A stretch of DNA of 64,000 nucleotides from an uncultured Phascolarctobacterium sp. (lineage in GTDB: Bacteria > Bacillota > Negativicutes > Acidaminococcales > Acidaminococcaceae): contig URXA01000002.1 in the NCBI GenBank assembly GCA_900551745.1, forward strand, positions 140,855 to 204,854, given 5' to 3'. How positions within the stretch are numbered: position 1 is the first letter of the stretch; every line of letters starts with the position of its first letter. Made by a program: the position numbers and the translations under genes. Under the pieces are notes generated by a model that did not search any database, had not been told where the DNA came from, and saw only the letters and a list, made by a program, of their open reading frames with translations. Below are positions 1-10,464 of the stretch, piece by piece.

Positions 1-684
1 CCCCTTTAAATCAGCAAGACTGATATTTTCACCAAGCACCAAACCTTCTACCTGATGAAACATCGGGGAATGAGTAGCATCATAATCGTTGCGGTAAACT
101 GTTCCGGGGGCTATCATCCTGATCGGTGAGTCAGGCTCACAGGCCTGCATTGTACGAGCCTGCACCGGTGAAGTCTGGGTGCGCAGCAAAAATTTTTCAG
201 TAATATAAAATGTATCCTGCATATCCCGTGCCGGATGATCCTGCGGCAGGTTCAAAGCTTCAAAGTTATAATAATCGCTTTCGATCTCGGGGCCTTCCAT
301 GACATCAAACCCCATCCGCATAAAAATCTTTTTGATCTCGCGCAGTGTCAGTGTCACCGGATGCAGATGCCCGCTGCTTTGTGTGCGTCCCGGCAAAGTA
401 ATGTCCACTTTTTCATTAGCCAGCTTTGCTTTTAAGGACTCTGCATCTAAAACCTCAGTTTTGGCACTGATAGCCGCTTCCAAGGCACTTTTTACTTCGT
501 TGACGATTTGTCCGATTTTCGGTCTTTCCTCTGCCGGCAATGCACCCATACCGCGCAGAATTTCTGTCATCGGGCCTTTTTTACCCAAATATTTGATGCG
601 CAAATCTTTGAGTTCGTCTGGAGTCGTTACTGCTCCCAGCTCTGCCAGCGCTTGTTCTTTAAGTGCCTGCAATTCTTCTCTCAT
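1..684 (-). CDS. pheS: Phenylalanine--tRNA ligase alpha subunit (5' part; runs off window start)
   Basis: Manual translation from ATG at 684: MREELQALKEQALAEL...GHLHPV...NFEALNLPQDHPARDMQDTFY...LLRTQTSPVQ...DATHSPMFHQVEGL; SD GGAGG; Phe T-box upstream. Confidence 0.97.
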   Translation of the reverse strand, partial: MREELQALKEQALAELGAVTTPDELKDLRIKYLGKKGPMTEILRGMGALPAEERPKIGQIVNEVKSALEAAISAKTEVLDAESLKAKLANEKVDITLPGRTQSSGHLHPVTLTLREIKKIFMRMGFDVMEGPEIESDYYNFEALNLPQDHPARDMQDTFYITEKFLLRTQTSPVQARTMQACEPDSPIRMIAPGTVYRNDYDATHSPMFHQVEGLVLGENISLADLKG

Positions 685-699
685 GTTCTTCCTCCTATA

Positions 700-925
700 A
701 AAAAATAAAACTCCCGCCCCTGGTAAGGGGCGAAAGTTATGCTTCCGCGGTACCACCCTAATTTGTACTCTGCTGTCTTAACGCGACTGACGTTGCGCCT
801 ACAAGCTAAAGCCTTCAGCACAAACACTCACGAGTGAACTTCCGCTTTAGTGTATCGCAAGGCTTGCAGCCGTGGCCTCGCTCTCTGTGTCGCACTTCTG
901 GCGTACTCTCTCGGTCATAGTGTCG
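700..925 (-). ncRNA. T-box leader (Phe) of pheS
   Basis: GGGTGGTACCGCGG at 745-758 (minus), terminator hairpin with U-tract at ~701-738, AGAGAG/GCTGCAA stem I motifs, specifier UUC at 836-838. Confidence 0.93.
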
Positions 926-964
926 AAAAAAATGGGGCGTATTCGATTAACGCTACTTATTTTA

Positions 965-1780
965 TCACAAATTGCCTTTACCTGCAAGCCGTTGACGCAG
1001 ACATTCAAACATAACGATTCCAGCCGCCACAGCGGCATTCAGCGATTCAGCCTGGCCTTCCATCGGGATAAAAATTTTTTTTACGGCTGCTGCCAGCAAT
1101 CCGCCTGAAACACCCTCTGCTTCGCTGCCGACAACAACTGCTACCGGGCCCTGCAAATCTGTTTGATATAAACTATCTGCATTTTCCAGGCAAGTTACCG
1201 CTATTTCATAACTGTTTTTATGTGCCCAGCTGATAAAGTCTGCTTCGCTTATACCTTCAGCTACCGGTATATGCAGCAGCGACCCCATTGTCGAACGTAC
1301 TGCTTTCGGTGCAAAAATATCAGTGCAGCCAGCCAGTAGCACTACACCGCTGATACCTGCTGCATCAGCAGTACGAATCATCGTTCCCAGATTACCAGGA
1401 TCGCCGATACGGTCTAATACAAGCACAATACCACCGGCAACTGCCAGTTCTTCTAAAGCCGCACTTTGTCTGGCAACAACTGCAGTCAGAGCCTGCGGCG
1501 TTTCTGTGTCGGCAATTTTTTTCATTACAGGTTCGGTAACCTCGTACAATTCAACGCCGGCAGCAGCTGCTGCTGCTATAATAGCGTCCTGCCTTACCGA
1601 AGCAGTTTTAGTTCCTTTAAGCACAAAAAGCTGTTTCACTATACCACAGTTTACAGCTTCCTCCACCGATCGTATTCCCTCCACTAAAAAAGCCTGCTGT
1701 TCTGTCCGATATTTTTTTTGCTTCAGCTCTGCGGCAGCTTTAACGATTGGGTTACTTACGCTGCTCAGTTCTTTCATCAA
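965..1780 (-). CDS. TrmH/SpoU family RNA methyltransferase
   Basis: DPGNLGTMIRTADAAG, VVGSEAEG and ESLNAAVA SPOUT motifs; usual position upstream of pheS. Confidence 0.93.
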   Translation of the reverse strand: MMKELSSVSNPIVKAAAELKQKKYRTEQQAFLVEGIRSVEEAVNCGIVKQLFVLKGTKTASVRQDAIIAAAAAAGVELYEVTEPVMKKIADTETPQALTAVVARQSAALEELAVAGGIVLVLDRIGDPGNLGTMIRTADAAGISGVVLLAGCTDIFAPKAVRSTMGSLLHIPVAEGISEADFISWAHKNSYEIAVTCLENADSLYQTDLQGPVAVVVGSEAEGVSGGLLAAAVKKIFIPMEGQAESLNAAVAAGIVMFECLRQRLAGKGNL

Positions 1781-2442
1781 ACCACTTCCTCCAGTGCTTT
1801 AATGTTATTATGCTCACCGATAATGATCATTTCATCGCCAAGATTCAGTACCATTTTAGGATCGGGATTGACCAGAGTTTCGCCATCGTGCTTAATCGCC
1901 ACGATATTAACATTATAGCGGCTGCGCAGATTGGATTCGATCAGGTTTTTCCCTGCCAGACTTGGCGGCACAGTAATACTCATCAAGCTGATAGTATCAG
2001 ACAGTTCGATATAATCGACGATGCTGTTGGAAATAAGGTTATGCGCTACACGCTGTCCCATATCACGCTCCGAATAAACGATCTTGTCAGCGCCGATTTT
2101 TTTGAGCATTTTCCCATGAACCTGATTGATCGCTTTAACGACAACCACAGGAACACCAATTTCCTTAAGCAGTAAGGTCGTCAGCATATTCGCTTCCAAA
2201 TCCCCGATCGCCACAACTGCTACATCAAAATTTTGGGCGCCCAAAGAACGCAGCGTGCGTTCATCAGAAGAATCTGCCGTTACAACATGCGTCAGCTCAT
2301 GTGCCAGACGCTGAACATTATCTTCATCAGTATCTACACCCATGACCTGATAACCCAGTTCGTTAAGTGTCAGTGCTACGCTCGTACCAAAACGCCCTAA
2401 CCCAAAAACAGCATATTGTTTTTCACGTTGTTTTTTAATCAT
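1777..2442 (-). CDS. ktrA: Potassium uptake RCK subunit (TrkA/KtrA family)
   Basis: GLGRFG Rossmann motif, TrkA-N and TrkA-C domains; adjacent to TrkH-type gene. Confidence 0.92.
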   Translation of the reverse strand: MIKKQREKQYAVFGLGRFGTSVALTLNELGYQVMGVDTDEDNVQRLAHELTHVVTADSSDERTLRSLGAQNFDVAVVAIGDLEANMLTTLLLKEIGVPVVVVKAINQVHGKMLKKIGADKIVYSERDMGQRVAHNLISNSIVDYIELSDTISLMSITVPPSLAGKNLIESNLRSRYNVNIVAIKHDGETLVNPDPKMVLNLGDEMIIIGEHNNIKALEEVV

Positions 2443-2456
2443 TATCGTTACCGCCT

Positions 2457-3845
2457 TTAACCAATCATAATATTTTCCGAAGGATATCTGATCTTATCAT
2501 CTTTAGAATGAAGGAAGGATAAAACAAATGTCAGTACGCCGATACGCCCGGCATACATGGTTAAAACCAGAATCAGTTTGCCCCAGTCGTTCCAGTCCGG
2601 CGTAATCCCAACTCCCAGGCCAACAGTCGCAAATGCAGAAACCACTTCAAATAAAACGTAATCCGCACGATGCAGACCGCCATCACAGATCAGCAGCAGA
2701 AAGTATGCTCCCAGCATCCACAGCAGGCAAACAGTAAAGACATTATAAGCTTTATCGACTGTTTCCGAAGCGATCCTCCTGTCAAACAGCACCGTATCAC
2801 GCTTACCATGCAGAAGCCCCCACGTCGATACCAGCAGAACGAGCACAGTTGTCGTTTTCATACCACCGCCGGTAGACGTCGGTGAAGCGCCGATACCCAT
2901 CAAAAGCACCATAAAAAACAGGGAGCTGGCCCGCATATCTGTCAGATCGATCGTATTAAAACCGGCAGTACGGCAGGTAACCGACTGAAAAGCAGCTGCC
3001 ATCCATTTGTCCAATTCATTGGGCATACCGCCAAGCGTAGCAGGATTCGTATATTCCAGGGCCAGAATCATCAGTGTCCCGCCAAAAGTCAGGATCGCAC
3101 TGGCAGTCAGCACTATTTTACTGTGCAAACGCAGCTTGTTCCATTTTCGGTTACGGCGCAGATCGTCCAAAACCGTAAAGCCAATACCACCGATGGTTAT
3201 CAGCGCCATAATACACAAATTCAGCGTTATATCGTTATAATGCCCTGTCAGGCTGGCATAATCGCCAAAAAGGTCAAACCCGGCATTACAAAAGGCAGAA
3301 ATCGCATGCCAGTAGCCCCAGGCAATACCTGTAAGCCCCATATCCAAAGCAGAATAAAAATGCCAGGCCAGAATAGTCCCAAAAATAAATTCGATCGTCA
3401 AAGCATATTTTACAACATTCAACGACAGCCGCACCACCCCGGAAGGTTCATTAAGATTCAGTGATTCCTGAATAAACAGCCGTTCCCGCAGATTGATCCT
3501 TTTGCCAACGGCTACACTCAGTAAGGTTGTCAGAGTCATAATGCCCAGTCCACCGATCTGGATAAGAACGATCATTACCAATTTTCCAAACCAGGAAAAA
3601 TAATGCCCGGTATCGACAACAACCAATCCTGTTACGCATGAAGTCGAGGTAGCCGTAAACAAAGCATCGATAAAGCGCATACTGCTGCCGTCAGCACTGG
3701 CCATTGGCAACATCAGCAGCAGTGACCCGCATAAGATAAGCATGGCAAAAGTAAACGCTACCATCTGGCTGCCATTCAAGCTGCGGTTGAGCAGCTTGAA
3801 CCATTTGTGCAATAAATTGATCAAAAATAACAAATTTTTCACCAT
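2457..3845 (-). CDS. ktrB: Potassium uptake membrane subunit (TrkH/KtrB family)
   Basis: Pore-loop motifs CVTGL, FCNAGF, RTAGF, ATVGL and STGGG. Confidence 0.92.
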   Translation of the reverse strand: MVKNLLFLINLLHKWFKLLNRSLNGSQMVAFTFAMLILCGSLLLMLPMASADGSSMRFIDALFTATSTSCVTGLVVVDTGHYFSWFGKLVMIVLIQIGGLGIMTLTTLLSVAVGKRINLRERLFIQESLNLNEPSGVVRLSLNVVKYALTIEFIFGTILAWHFYSALDMGLTGIAWGYWHAISAFCNAGFDLFGDYASLTGHYNDITLNLCIMALITIGGIGFTVLDDLRRNRKWNKLRLHSKIVLTASAILTFGGTLMILALEYTNPATLGGMPNELDKWMAAAFQSVTCRTAGFNTIDLTDMRASSLFFMVLLMGIGASPTSTGGGMKTTTVLVLLVSTWGLLHGKRDTVLFDRRIASETVDKAYNVFTVCLLWMLGAYFLLLICDGGLHRADYVLFEVVSAFATVGLGVGITPDWNDWGKLILVLTMYAGRIGVLTFVLSFLHSKDDKIRYPSENIMIG

Positions 3846-3958
3846 CCCGGCAAAAGCCGCTAAATATTACTTATTAAATATAAATCAAGTTTACTCTCAT
3901 TACTTTATGCTTGTCAATTTTACTTGCTTACTAAAAGACCGCTTTATTTAATTACAAA

Positions 3959-4882
3959 TCAAATATGCAGAAATGTAAAAAACAGCGTCATCAAAATAAT
4001 ACTCAGCGCAATAGTTATGGAATTGGCAAAACCAGCCAGTTCCACATTACCGCCCATCCTGGCAATAAAGATCGGCCCGATCGCCGTAGAAGGCGCCAAA
4101 AATACCAGTGCCAGCACTTCCCTGATCTCTGCACTCAGCGGCACATGATAAAAACACAGCCATGCCAGGGCAATTCCAAAAACATAACGGTACAATACCA
4201 CCTCACGCACTTGCTTAAGCTTCTCTAAATCCAACGTCATTTCAAACATCATTCCAATCATCAACATCGATAAAAAAGTATTGGCACCGCCGATCAGACC
4301 AGTCAGAGTATAAACAGGCTTCGGCAAATGCAGCTCAAGCACCGCACAGACCAACATCAGCATATAAACAACAAAAGGCACAGATCCAAGAAGTTTGGCC
4401 GCTATACTGCGCAGATTAACAGGCTCGTATTTTTCACCCGTATGCACTAGCCCGCCGGCCAAAGCATAAGTTCCGCCAGTACACATAATCGAATTACCAA
4501 CATCAAACATACAAGTAGCTACTACAGCGAAAGGGCCCAAAAAACTTTGTGCAAACGGCAAAGTAAAACAACCGATATTATAGCCCGCCAGATTAAATAC
4601 ATAAAAAATCTTTGCCGCATTCGTCTGATAACGCGTCAGCATAAATCCCCAGGCAATCATCAGCAAATTTCCACAAAAACCGATCAGAGTCAGGATAAAC
4701 AGCGTATAATCCATTTTAAAAGCTGCAAAGCTGGTAATAACGGCACATGGCAGCGTGATATTTAAGACTATTTTGGCAATAAGTTCATAGTCATGCGGTT
4801 TAAAAAAACCGCGCTTCTTTAACAAATAACCTAAGGCAATAACGGCTACAAACGCCAATGCCTTAGTCAAAATCCGTTCCAT
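3959..4882 (-). CDS. AEC (auxin efflux carrier) family transporter
   Basis: About 10 hydrophobic segments; NITLPC and YNIGCFTLPF motifs. Confidence 0.8.
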   Translation of the reverse strand: MERILTKALAFVAVIALGYLLKKRGFFKPHDYELIAKIVLNITLPCAVITSFAAFKMDYTLFILTLIGFCGNLLMIAWGFMLTRYQTNAAKIFYVFNLAGYNIGCFTLPFAQSFLGPFAVVATCMFDVGNSIMCTGGTYALAGGLVHTGEKYEPVNLRSIAAKLLGSVPFVVYMLMLVCAVLELHLPKPVYTLTGLIGGANTFLSMLMIGMMFEMTLDLEKLKQVREVVLYRYVFGIALAWLCFYHVPLSAEIREVLALVFLAPSTAIGPIFIARMGGNVELAGFANSITIALSIILMTLFFTFLHI

Positions 4883-5077
4883 CCGGTTCCCTCATTTTCA
4901 TCAAAAGAAATCTTGTCTTTATCTACTGCTTCATAAAAAACTCACCTTAAATTATACTGCTGACGTAAAAATTAAGCAAAATTCTTTTTATCTTAAAAAT
5001 ATTCTTTAAACAAAACTTTGCTTTTACCATTTCGTTTGCTATAATAGTTCACAGAATATACACAAAGGGGGATATCA

Positions 5078-6172
5078 ATGTTTAAAAAATCTAAAATTAT
5101 AGTAGGTGCAGCTCTTTTAGCCGTGTCAGTACTGAGCTTTACTCTGCCACAGCAGGCAGAAGCCATCAATCTTGGCAGTATTGCAGGCAAAGCCGTAGGC
5201 GCCGCCAAGGAACAGCAGGAAATCAACAAGGCGCTTAATTATTATGATAACGAAGGCCGCCACGAGCTGTTCGAAGCCCTGAAACAGGAAGACGGCGTCA
5301 ACAACGATTATAATGCCAATGCTATGCTGAGCCGTATTATGCAGCGTATGACCCCGGCTGTCGCCAAAAGCGACTCAACAATCAATAGTAAACCCTATAA
5401 TTATTTCGTTAATAATCAGGAATTTTTCAATGCTTACTGTGCATTAGGACACAATATGTCCGTAAATATCGGCGCCTTCTGGTTCCTGGACTACAATGAA
5501 GATAAGCTGGCTGCCGTTATCGCTCATGAGCTGGTACACGGTCAGAAAGAACATCCAATCAAAGGCGCAAAGAAAAAGATGTCCGTTGACTTCGTCATGA
5601 AAACTGTCGGCTCTGAAATCGGCGGCGCTAACGGACTGGCAGCACAAGTCGTAGCAGTCCATGCCAAAAACACAGGCGTTACCAAACCCAACGAATGGGA
5701 AGCTGACAATATCGCCTTCACTTATATGGCTGATGCCGGTTATAACGTAGGCGCTCCTGCAGCAGTTTGGCAGTCAGTCATCGAAAGCTCCAGCGACAGT
5801 TCCAAAAAAGATGTTCTCAGCGATATACTCAACCCGTCCACTCATCCAAAAGACAGCGACCGCCGCAATAATTATTCCAAAAAGCTTACCGAATACAGCA
5901 ACGGCAAGGTTACTGTCGATGCTAACAGCGGCGAAGTCAAAGTTAACGGAAAGACCTTTATGACCCCTGCCGCAGCGGGTAATATGAGCGTCATGCAGCG
6001 TTCTTACTTCGTCGCAGGCAATCTTGCGGCGATCTACCACGCAGGCCAGAATACTCAAAATGCTTATGTGGAAGGCAGCACCGTAAAAATCGCAGGCAAG
6101 GGTATTATTACTCCTGTTGTCGGTGACACCAGCGCCGGTGAATTAGTTACTATCCTTAATAACATCAAATAA
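5078..6172 (+). CDS. Exported M48 family zinc metallopeptidase
   Basis: Signal peptide; NAY...G; HELVH; EWEAD; STHP...R. Confidence 0.88.
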   Translation: MFKKSKIIVGAALLAVSVLSFTLPQQAEAINLGSIAGKAVGAAKEQQEINKALNYYDNEGRHELFEALKQEDGVNNDYNANAMLSRIMQRMTPAVAKSDSTINSKPYNYFVNNQEFFNAYCALGHNMSVNIGAFWFLDYNEDKLAAVIAHELVHGQKEHPIKGAKKKMSVDFVMKTVGSEIGGANGLAAQVVAVHAKNTGVTKPNEWEADNIAFTYMADAGYNVGAPAAVWQSVIESSSDSSKKDVLSDILNPSTHPKDSDRRNNYSKKLTEYSNGKVTVDANSGEVKVNGKTFMTPAAAGNMSVMQRSYFVAGNLAAIYHAGQNTQNAYVEGSTVKIAGKGIITPVVGDTSAGELVTILNNIK

Positions 6173-6183
6173 AATTTTAAAAT

Positions 6184-6219
6184 AAAAACAGTGTAAGTCC
6201 TAGGACTTACACTGTTTTT
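6184..6219. terminator. Bidirectional intrinsic terminator between M48 gene and rplT
   Basis: Perfect 36-bp palindrome AAAAACAGTGTAAGTCCT/AGGACTTACACTGTTTTT between convergent genes. Confidence 0.9.
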
Positions 6220-6265
6220 TATTGCCGCCGCAGCAGCAATTCATTTGTACTGTAAGCAGTAATTC

Positions 6266-6619
6266 TTACAGAGCAGCTTTAGCAGCTTCTACCAGTTTGG
6301 TGAAAGCAGCTGCATCATAAATAGCCATATCAGCCAAAACTTTACGGTTCATTTCGATACCGGCTTTAGCCAGACCGTTCATGAAACGGCTGTAGCTCAT
6401 GCCGTTAGCACGGGTAGCAGCGTTGATACGAGCGATCCATAAACGACGGAACTCGCGTTTTTTAGCACGACGGTCGCGACGAGCATAGCTCAAAGCTTTC
6501 ATAACGGTTTCATTAGCTTTTTTGAACAGCAAATGTTTGGAACCGCGATAACCTTTAGCCAGTTTTAAGATTTTTTTATGACGACGATGAGCAGTAACGC
6601 CCACTTTAATTCTTGCCAT
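6266..6619 (-). CDS. rplT: 50S ribosomal protein L20
   Basis: [24 protein letters not shown]...[11 protein letters not shown]. Confidence 0.99.
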   Translation of the reverse strand: MARIKVGVTAHRRHKKILKLAKGYRGSKHLLFKKANETVMKALSYARRDRRAKKREFRRLWIARINAATRANGMSYSRFMNGLAKAGIEMNRKVLADMAIYDAAAFTKLVEAAKAAL

Positions 6620-6641
6620 TATAGTCAGCCTCCCTTATCTA

Positions 6642-6839
6642 TTATGCGTACGGCAGCATTTTTGCTACGCGTTCATGATCAGTTTTGTGAACAAGTGCAG
6701 CCTTACGCAAGTTTCTCTTGCGGGAAGGAGATTTATGTTCAAGAATATGGCTTTTAAAGGCTTTAGCACGTTTGAATTCACCGGTACCAGTCTTTTTAAA
6801 ACGTTTAGCAGCAGCTCTGCGGGTTTTCATTTTAGGCAT
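6642..6839 (-). CDS. rpmI: 50S ribosomal protein L35
   Basis: [18 protein letters not shown]; start reassigned to ATG 6839 after SD AGGAGG. Confidence 0.99.
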   Translation of the reverse strand: MPKMKTRRAAAKRFKKTGTGEFKRAKAFKSHILEHKSPSRKRNLRKAALVHKTDHERVAKMLPYA

Positions 6840-6852
6840 TGTTAAGTCCTCC

Positions 6853-7371
6853 TTATTTAGTAGCTTTAGGCGCAACAATCATAATCATGTTTCTGCCTTC
6901 TAATTTAGGCGCGCGCTCGATGACAGCCATGTCTTTGAGCTGTTCAGCCATTTTTTTGAGCAACACTTCGCCAAGCTCAGGATGCGATAATTCGCGGCCA
7001 CGGAACATGATGGTGACTTTTACTTTGTCGCCGTCTTCCAGGAATCGCACTGCATTTTTGAATTTGACGCCGAAGTCATGATCCTCGATACCGGGGCGCA
7101 ATTTGACTTCTTTGATATCAAAGGTCTTTTGCTTTTTACGAGCTTCTTTATCTCGTTTTTGCTGCTCGTAACGATACTTGCCGTAATCCATAATCCGGCA
7201 CACCGGAGGTTTCGCTGTAGGAGCGATCTCCACTAAATCAAGATGTCTTTCCTGCGCCAGCTGCAAAGCATCACGACCGGACATAATACCCAGCTGTTCG
7301 CCTTCACCGGCAATAACGCGCACTTCCCGTGCCCGAATTTCTTCATTGATACGCAAGCTTTCTTTGCTAAT
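6853..7371 (-). CDS. infC: Translation initiation factor IF-3 (ATT start)
   Basis: [12 protein letters not shown]...[12 protein letters not shown]; in-frame ATT at 7369-7371 after SD GGAGGTG. Confidence 0.98.
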   Translation of the reverse strand: MSKESLRINEEIRAREVRVIAGEGEQLGIMSGRDALQLAQERHLDLVEIAPTAKPPVCRIMDYGKYRYEQQKRDKEARKKQKTFDIKEVKLRPGIEDHDFGVKFKNAVRFLEDGDKVKVTIMFRGRELSHPELGEVLLKKMAEQLKDMAVIERAPKLEGRNMIMIVAPKATK

Positions 7372-7384
7372 AACCGTTCACCTC

Positions 7385-7498
7385 CAAAATTAAATAAAAA
7401 ACGCGAGCAGATAATACTGCCCGCGCTGAAAATCATATCCAACCCTGTCGAGCTTTTGCTGCAAGGTGAGAAGCGAGCGGCTTCTGCTTTGTTACTTG
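7385..7498 (-). ncRNA. L20 ribosomal protein leader
   Basis: Upstream of infC-rpmI-rplT; AGAAGC-CGCTC-GCTTCT hairpin then terminator GCGGGCAG...CTGCTCGC-TTTTTT. Confidence 0.8.
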
Positions 7499-7538
7499 GA
7501 TATAATATCATAATGTTAACTTTGTGTCAACATATTTA

Positions 7539-8027
7539 TTAATCTTTCCTTGCTCCCAGCTGTCCGTCAAGATAGAATAATCCGGAAATATTATCGCCGA
7601 TCATTTCCAGTTTTTCAACAATCTCAGAAGCGTTGGCTTCTTCTTCTACCTGCTCGTCGATAAACCATTTAAGACAGCTTTGGGCAGCGTAATCTTTTTC
7701 TTTCAAAGCTACTTCATACATATCATAAATACGGGAAGTAACATATTTCTCATGTTCCAAAACTTTTTTGAACAAGTTCAGCGGCGTACCGTAATCGGCA
7801 GCAGGCATATCAATTTGCAGAAGCTGAGGCTGAGCGCCGCAGTCCTGCATGAATTTTACGAAACGCAAAGCATGTTCACGTTCTTCTTCATATTGCAGAT
7901 ACAGCCATTTAGCCATACCTTTATAATTTTTAGCTTCCATATCCAGGCTCATTGCCAGATACATATACGCAGAATACAATTCAGCCTGAACCTGCTCATT
8001 GAAAACCTTATAAACTCTTTTGTTCAT
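7539..8027 (-). CDS. ftnA: Non-heme ferritin
   Basis: Ferroxidase motifs ELYSAYMY, EEREHA, EHE and WFIDEQVEEE. Confidence 0.93.
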   Translation of the reverse strand: MNKRVYKVFNEQVQAELYSAYMYLAMSLDMEAKNYKGMAKWLYLQYEEEREHALRFVKFMQDCGAQPQLLQIDMPAADYGTPLNLFKKVLEHEKYVTSRIYDMYEVALKEKDYAAQSCLKWFIDEQVEEEANASEIVEKLEMIGDNISGLFYLDGQLGARKD

Positions 8028-8072
8028 GATAACATCCTCCTTAACAGCTTGAACTACTGTTTTACTAGGTAT

Positions 8073-8116
8073 ATTATAACACTTTCCGCTCAGCCTTTCA
8101 ATAATGATTATCTATT
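8073..8116 (-). promoter_or_regulatory. SigA promoter of ferritin with Fur/PerR-like box abutting the -35
   Basis: TTGAAA (8096-8101)-17 nt-TATAAT (8073-8078); AATAGATAATCATTATT at 8100-8116 resembles the Fur consensus. Confidence 0.6.
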
Positions 8117-8152
8117 TTTGTTATCTTTTATCTAGGACGGCATTCATGCTGA

Positions 8153-10063
8153 TTATTTTTTATCGGCAATTTCTTCTTGCAGCATGGCAATAAAATCTTC
8201 CTGCTTCATAGCTCCGATATCGCCCTCGCCACGACGGCGCACAGCAACTGTACCGTCTTCAACTTCTTTATCACCGATAACCAGCATATACGGAACTTTC
8301 TGCAGCTGCGCTTCACGAATCTTATAGCCGATTTTTTCGTTACGGTCGTCAAGATAAACGCGCAGACCCAATTTAAACATTTCATCACTCAGTTTTTTTG
8401 CATACTCATAATGCTTGTCGGTGATCGGCATTACACGTACCTGACAGGGAGCAAGCCAGGCAGGGAAAGCACCGGCATAGTTCTCGATCAGGATACCGAT
8501 AAAACGCTCAATAGAACCGTAAACTACTCGATGGATCATAACCGGGCGATGCTTCAAACCGTCTTCGCCGGTATAGGTCAAATCAAATTTTTCAGGCAGC
8601 AGCATATCCAGCTGGATAGTGCCGCACTGCCATGTACGCCCGATAGAATCCGTCAGATGAAAGTCGATCTTAGGGCCATAGAAAGCTCCGTCGCCTTCAT
8701 TGATCACATAATCAAGTCCAAAATCCTCCATCGCGCTCTTCAAAGCATTAGTTGTAGTTTCCCAAGTTTCGGCATCACCCATCGAATCTTCCGGGCGGGT
8801 CGAAAGCTCGGCATGATATTTCAGCCCAAAGGTTGCATAAACTTCGTCAAACAAACGAATAACATTTTGGATCTCGTCTTTGATCTGACTCGGCATCATA
8901 AAAATATGGGCATCATCCTGCGTAAAGCAGCGCACACGGAACAAGCCGTGCAAAGCACCTGACAATTCATGACGATGTACCAGTCCAAGCTCGCCGGCAC
9001 GGATCGGTAATTCCCTGTAGCTATGCGGATGAGTTTTATAGACCAGCATACCGCCGGGGCAATTCATGGGTTTGATAGCGTAATCTTCGTTGTCGATCTC
9101 AGTAACATACATATTTTCGCGGTAATGGTCCCAGTGTCCAGAAGTCTCCCATAATTTACGGGACAAGATCATCGGAGTTTTGATTTCCTGATAACCATAA
9201 CGTCTGTGCACTTCACGCCAATAATTGATCAGCTCGTTGCGGATGACCATACCATTGGGATGGAAAAAAGGGAACCCAGGACCTTCTTCCATGATACTGA
9301 ACAAATCTAGCTCTTTGCCAAGTTTTCGATGATCACGTCTGGCAGCTTCTTCAAGCATATGCAGATAAGCATCCAGCTCTTCCTTGCTTGGGAAAGCAGT
9401 GCCGTAAATACGCTGAAGCATTTTATTTTTTTCATCACCGCGCCAGTAAGCGCCGGCAATACTTTGCAGCTTAAAAGCTTTTACCCTGCCGGTCGACGGA
9501 CAATGCGGACCTGCGCACAAATCCGTGAAATCTCCCTGAGTATAAGTGCTGATCACTGCGTCTTCAGGCAGATCATTGATCAGTTCGACCTTATATTTCT
9601 CATCTTTTTCCGCAAACATTTTCAACGCTTCGCTGCGCGGCAATTCACTGCGCACAAGCGGAAGATTGGCTTTGACGATCTTCGCCATCTCTTTTTCAAT
9701 AGCAACCAGATCTTCCGGAACAAAAATATGCTCGCTGTCTAAATCATAATAAAAACCATTGGCAATCGCAGGCCCGATAGCAAATTTAGTATCTGGGAAT
9801 AAATGCTGGATAGCCTGAGCCATGATATGCGCCGCCGTATGACGAATCGCATGCAGTCCTTCAGAGCTTTCAGGAACAACGAATTCAACTGACGCATCAT
9901 GCTCCAATTTATCTGTCAAATCTTTATTCACACCGTCTACCACAGCCAAAAGCGCCTGTTTGCCAAGTTTCTGCGACAACCCTTTTGCCACTTCCATCAA
10001 GGTCGTTCCGGCAGCAACTTCTTTTACACTGCCATCTTTTAAAATTACTTTAACATTTGCCAT
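8153..10063 (-). CDS. thrS: Threonine--tRNA ligase
   Basis: TGS domain, HTAAH, DLCAGPH, KPMNCP, RCFTQDDAH, MIHR. Confidence 0.99.
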   Translation of the reverse strand: MANVKVILKDGSVKEVAAGTTLMEVAKGLSQKLGKQALLAVVDGVNKDLTDKLEHDASVEFVVPESSEGLHAIRHTAAHIMAQAIQHLFPDTKFAIGPAIANGFYYDLDSEHIFVPEDLVAIEKEMAKIVKANLPLVRSELPRSEALKMFAEKDEKYKVELINDLPEDAVISTYTQGDFTDLCAGPHCPSTGRVKAFKLQSIAGAYWRGDEKNKMLQRIYGTAFPSKEELDAYLHMLEEAARRDHRKLGKELDLFSIMEEGPGFPFFHPNGMVIRNELINYWREVHRRYGYQEIKTPMILSRKLWETSGHWDHYRENMYVTEIDNEDYAIKPMNCPGGMLVYKTHPHSYRELPIRAGELGLVHRHELSGALHGLFRVRCFTQDDAHIFMMPSQIKDEIQNVIRLFDEVYATFGLKYHAELSTRPEDSMGDAETWETTTNALKSAMEDFGLDYVINEGDGAFYGPKIDFHLTDSIGRTWQCGTIQLDMLLPEKFDLTYTGEDGLKHRPVMIHRVVYGSIERFIGILIENYAGAFPAWLAPCQVRVMPITDKHYEYAKKLSDEMFKLGLRVYLDDRNEKIGYKIREAQLQKVPYMLVIGDKEVEDGTVAVRRRGEGDIGAMKQEDFIAMLQEEIADKK

Positions 10064-10080
10064 TTCATTAGCCTCCTAAA

Positions 10081-10325
10081 AATAAATAAACTCCGTTCCC
10101 TGGAAAGGGACGGAGTTGACCGCGGTTCCACCCTAATTGACCTGCCACAGGCAAGCCCACTCGGTACCGTTAACGCCGGCGTACGACACTGCATACTTAC
10201 TGCCTGGGCAGGTTCTGCAATGTGGTTTGAAGGCGGTAAGGTCTATCGTTTTTCCAAAGCGCTTGCAGCCTGGGCGCTCCTCTCTGCAGGAAAGATACGT
10301 TAGCCTCTTCCTTCGCATAACCGAT
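10081..10325 (-). ncRNA. T-box leader (Thr) of thrS
   Basis: GGGTGGAACCGCGG at 10120-10133; terminator CTCCGTCCC...GGGAACGGAG-TTT; specifier ACC at 10235-10237. Confidence 0.93.
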
Positions 10326-10464
10326 TGATTATGTGATTACATTTAATTATAAACTTAACAATAATTATTGTCAATAATTTTGATCCGTAAAATTCTTGTA
10401 GCCAAATTTATATCGTTACCTTATAATTATATTAAGATTAGTGATAATTTTAGGAGATGCCCTA

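Noticed and set aside
8177..8962. 261-aa plus-strand ORF
   Set aside because: Antisense shadow of thrS with no recognisable motifs. The same applies to 37188-38054 (leuS), 56974-57933 (leuA), 48437-49123, 50759-51364, 15758-16342 and 16987-17559.
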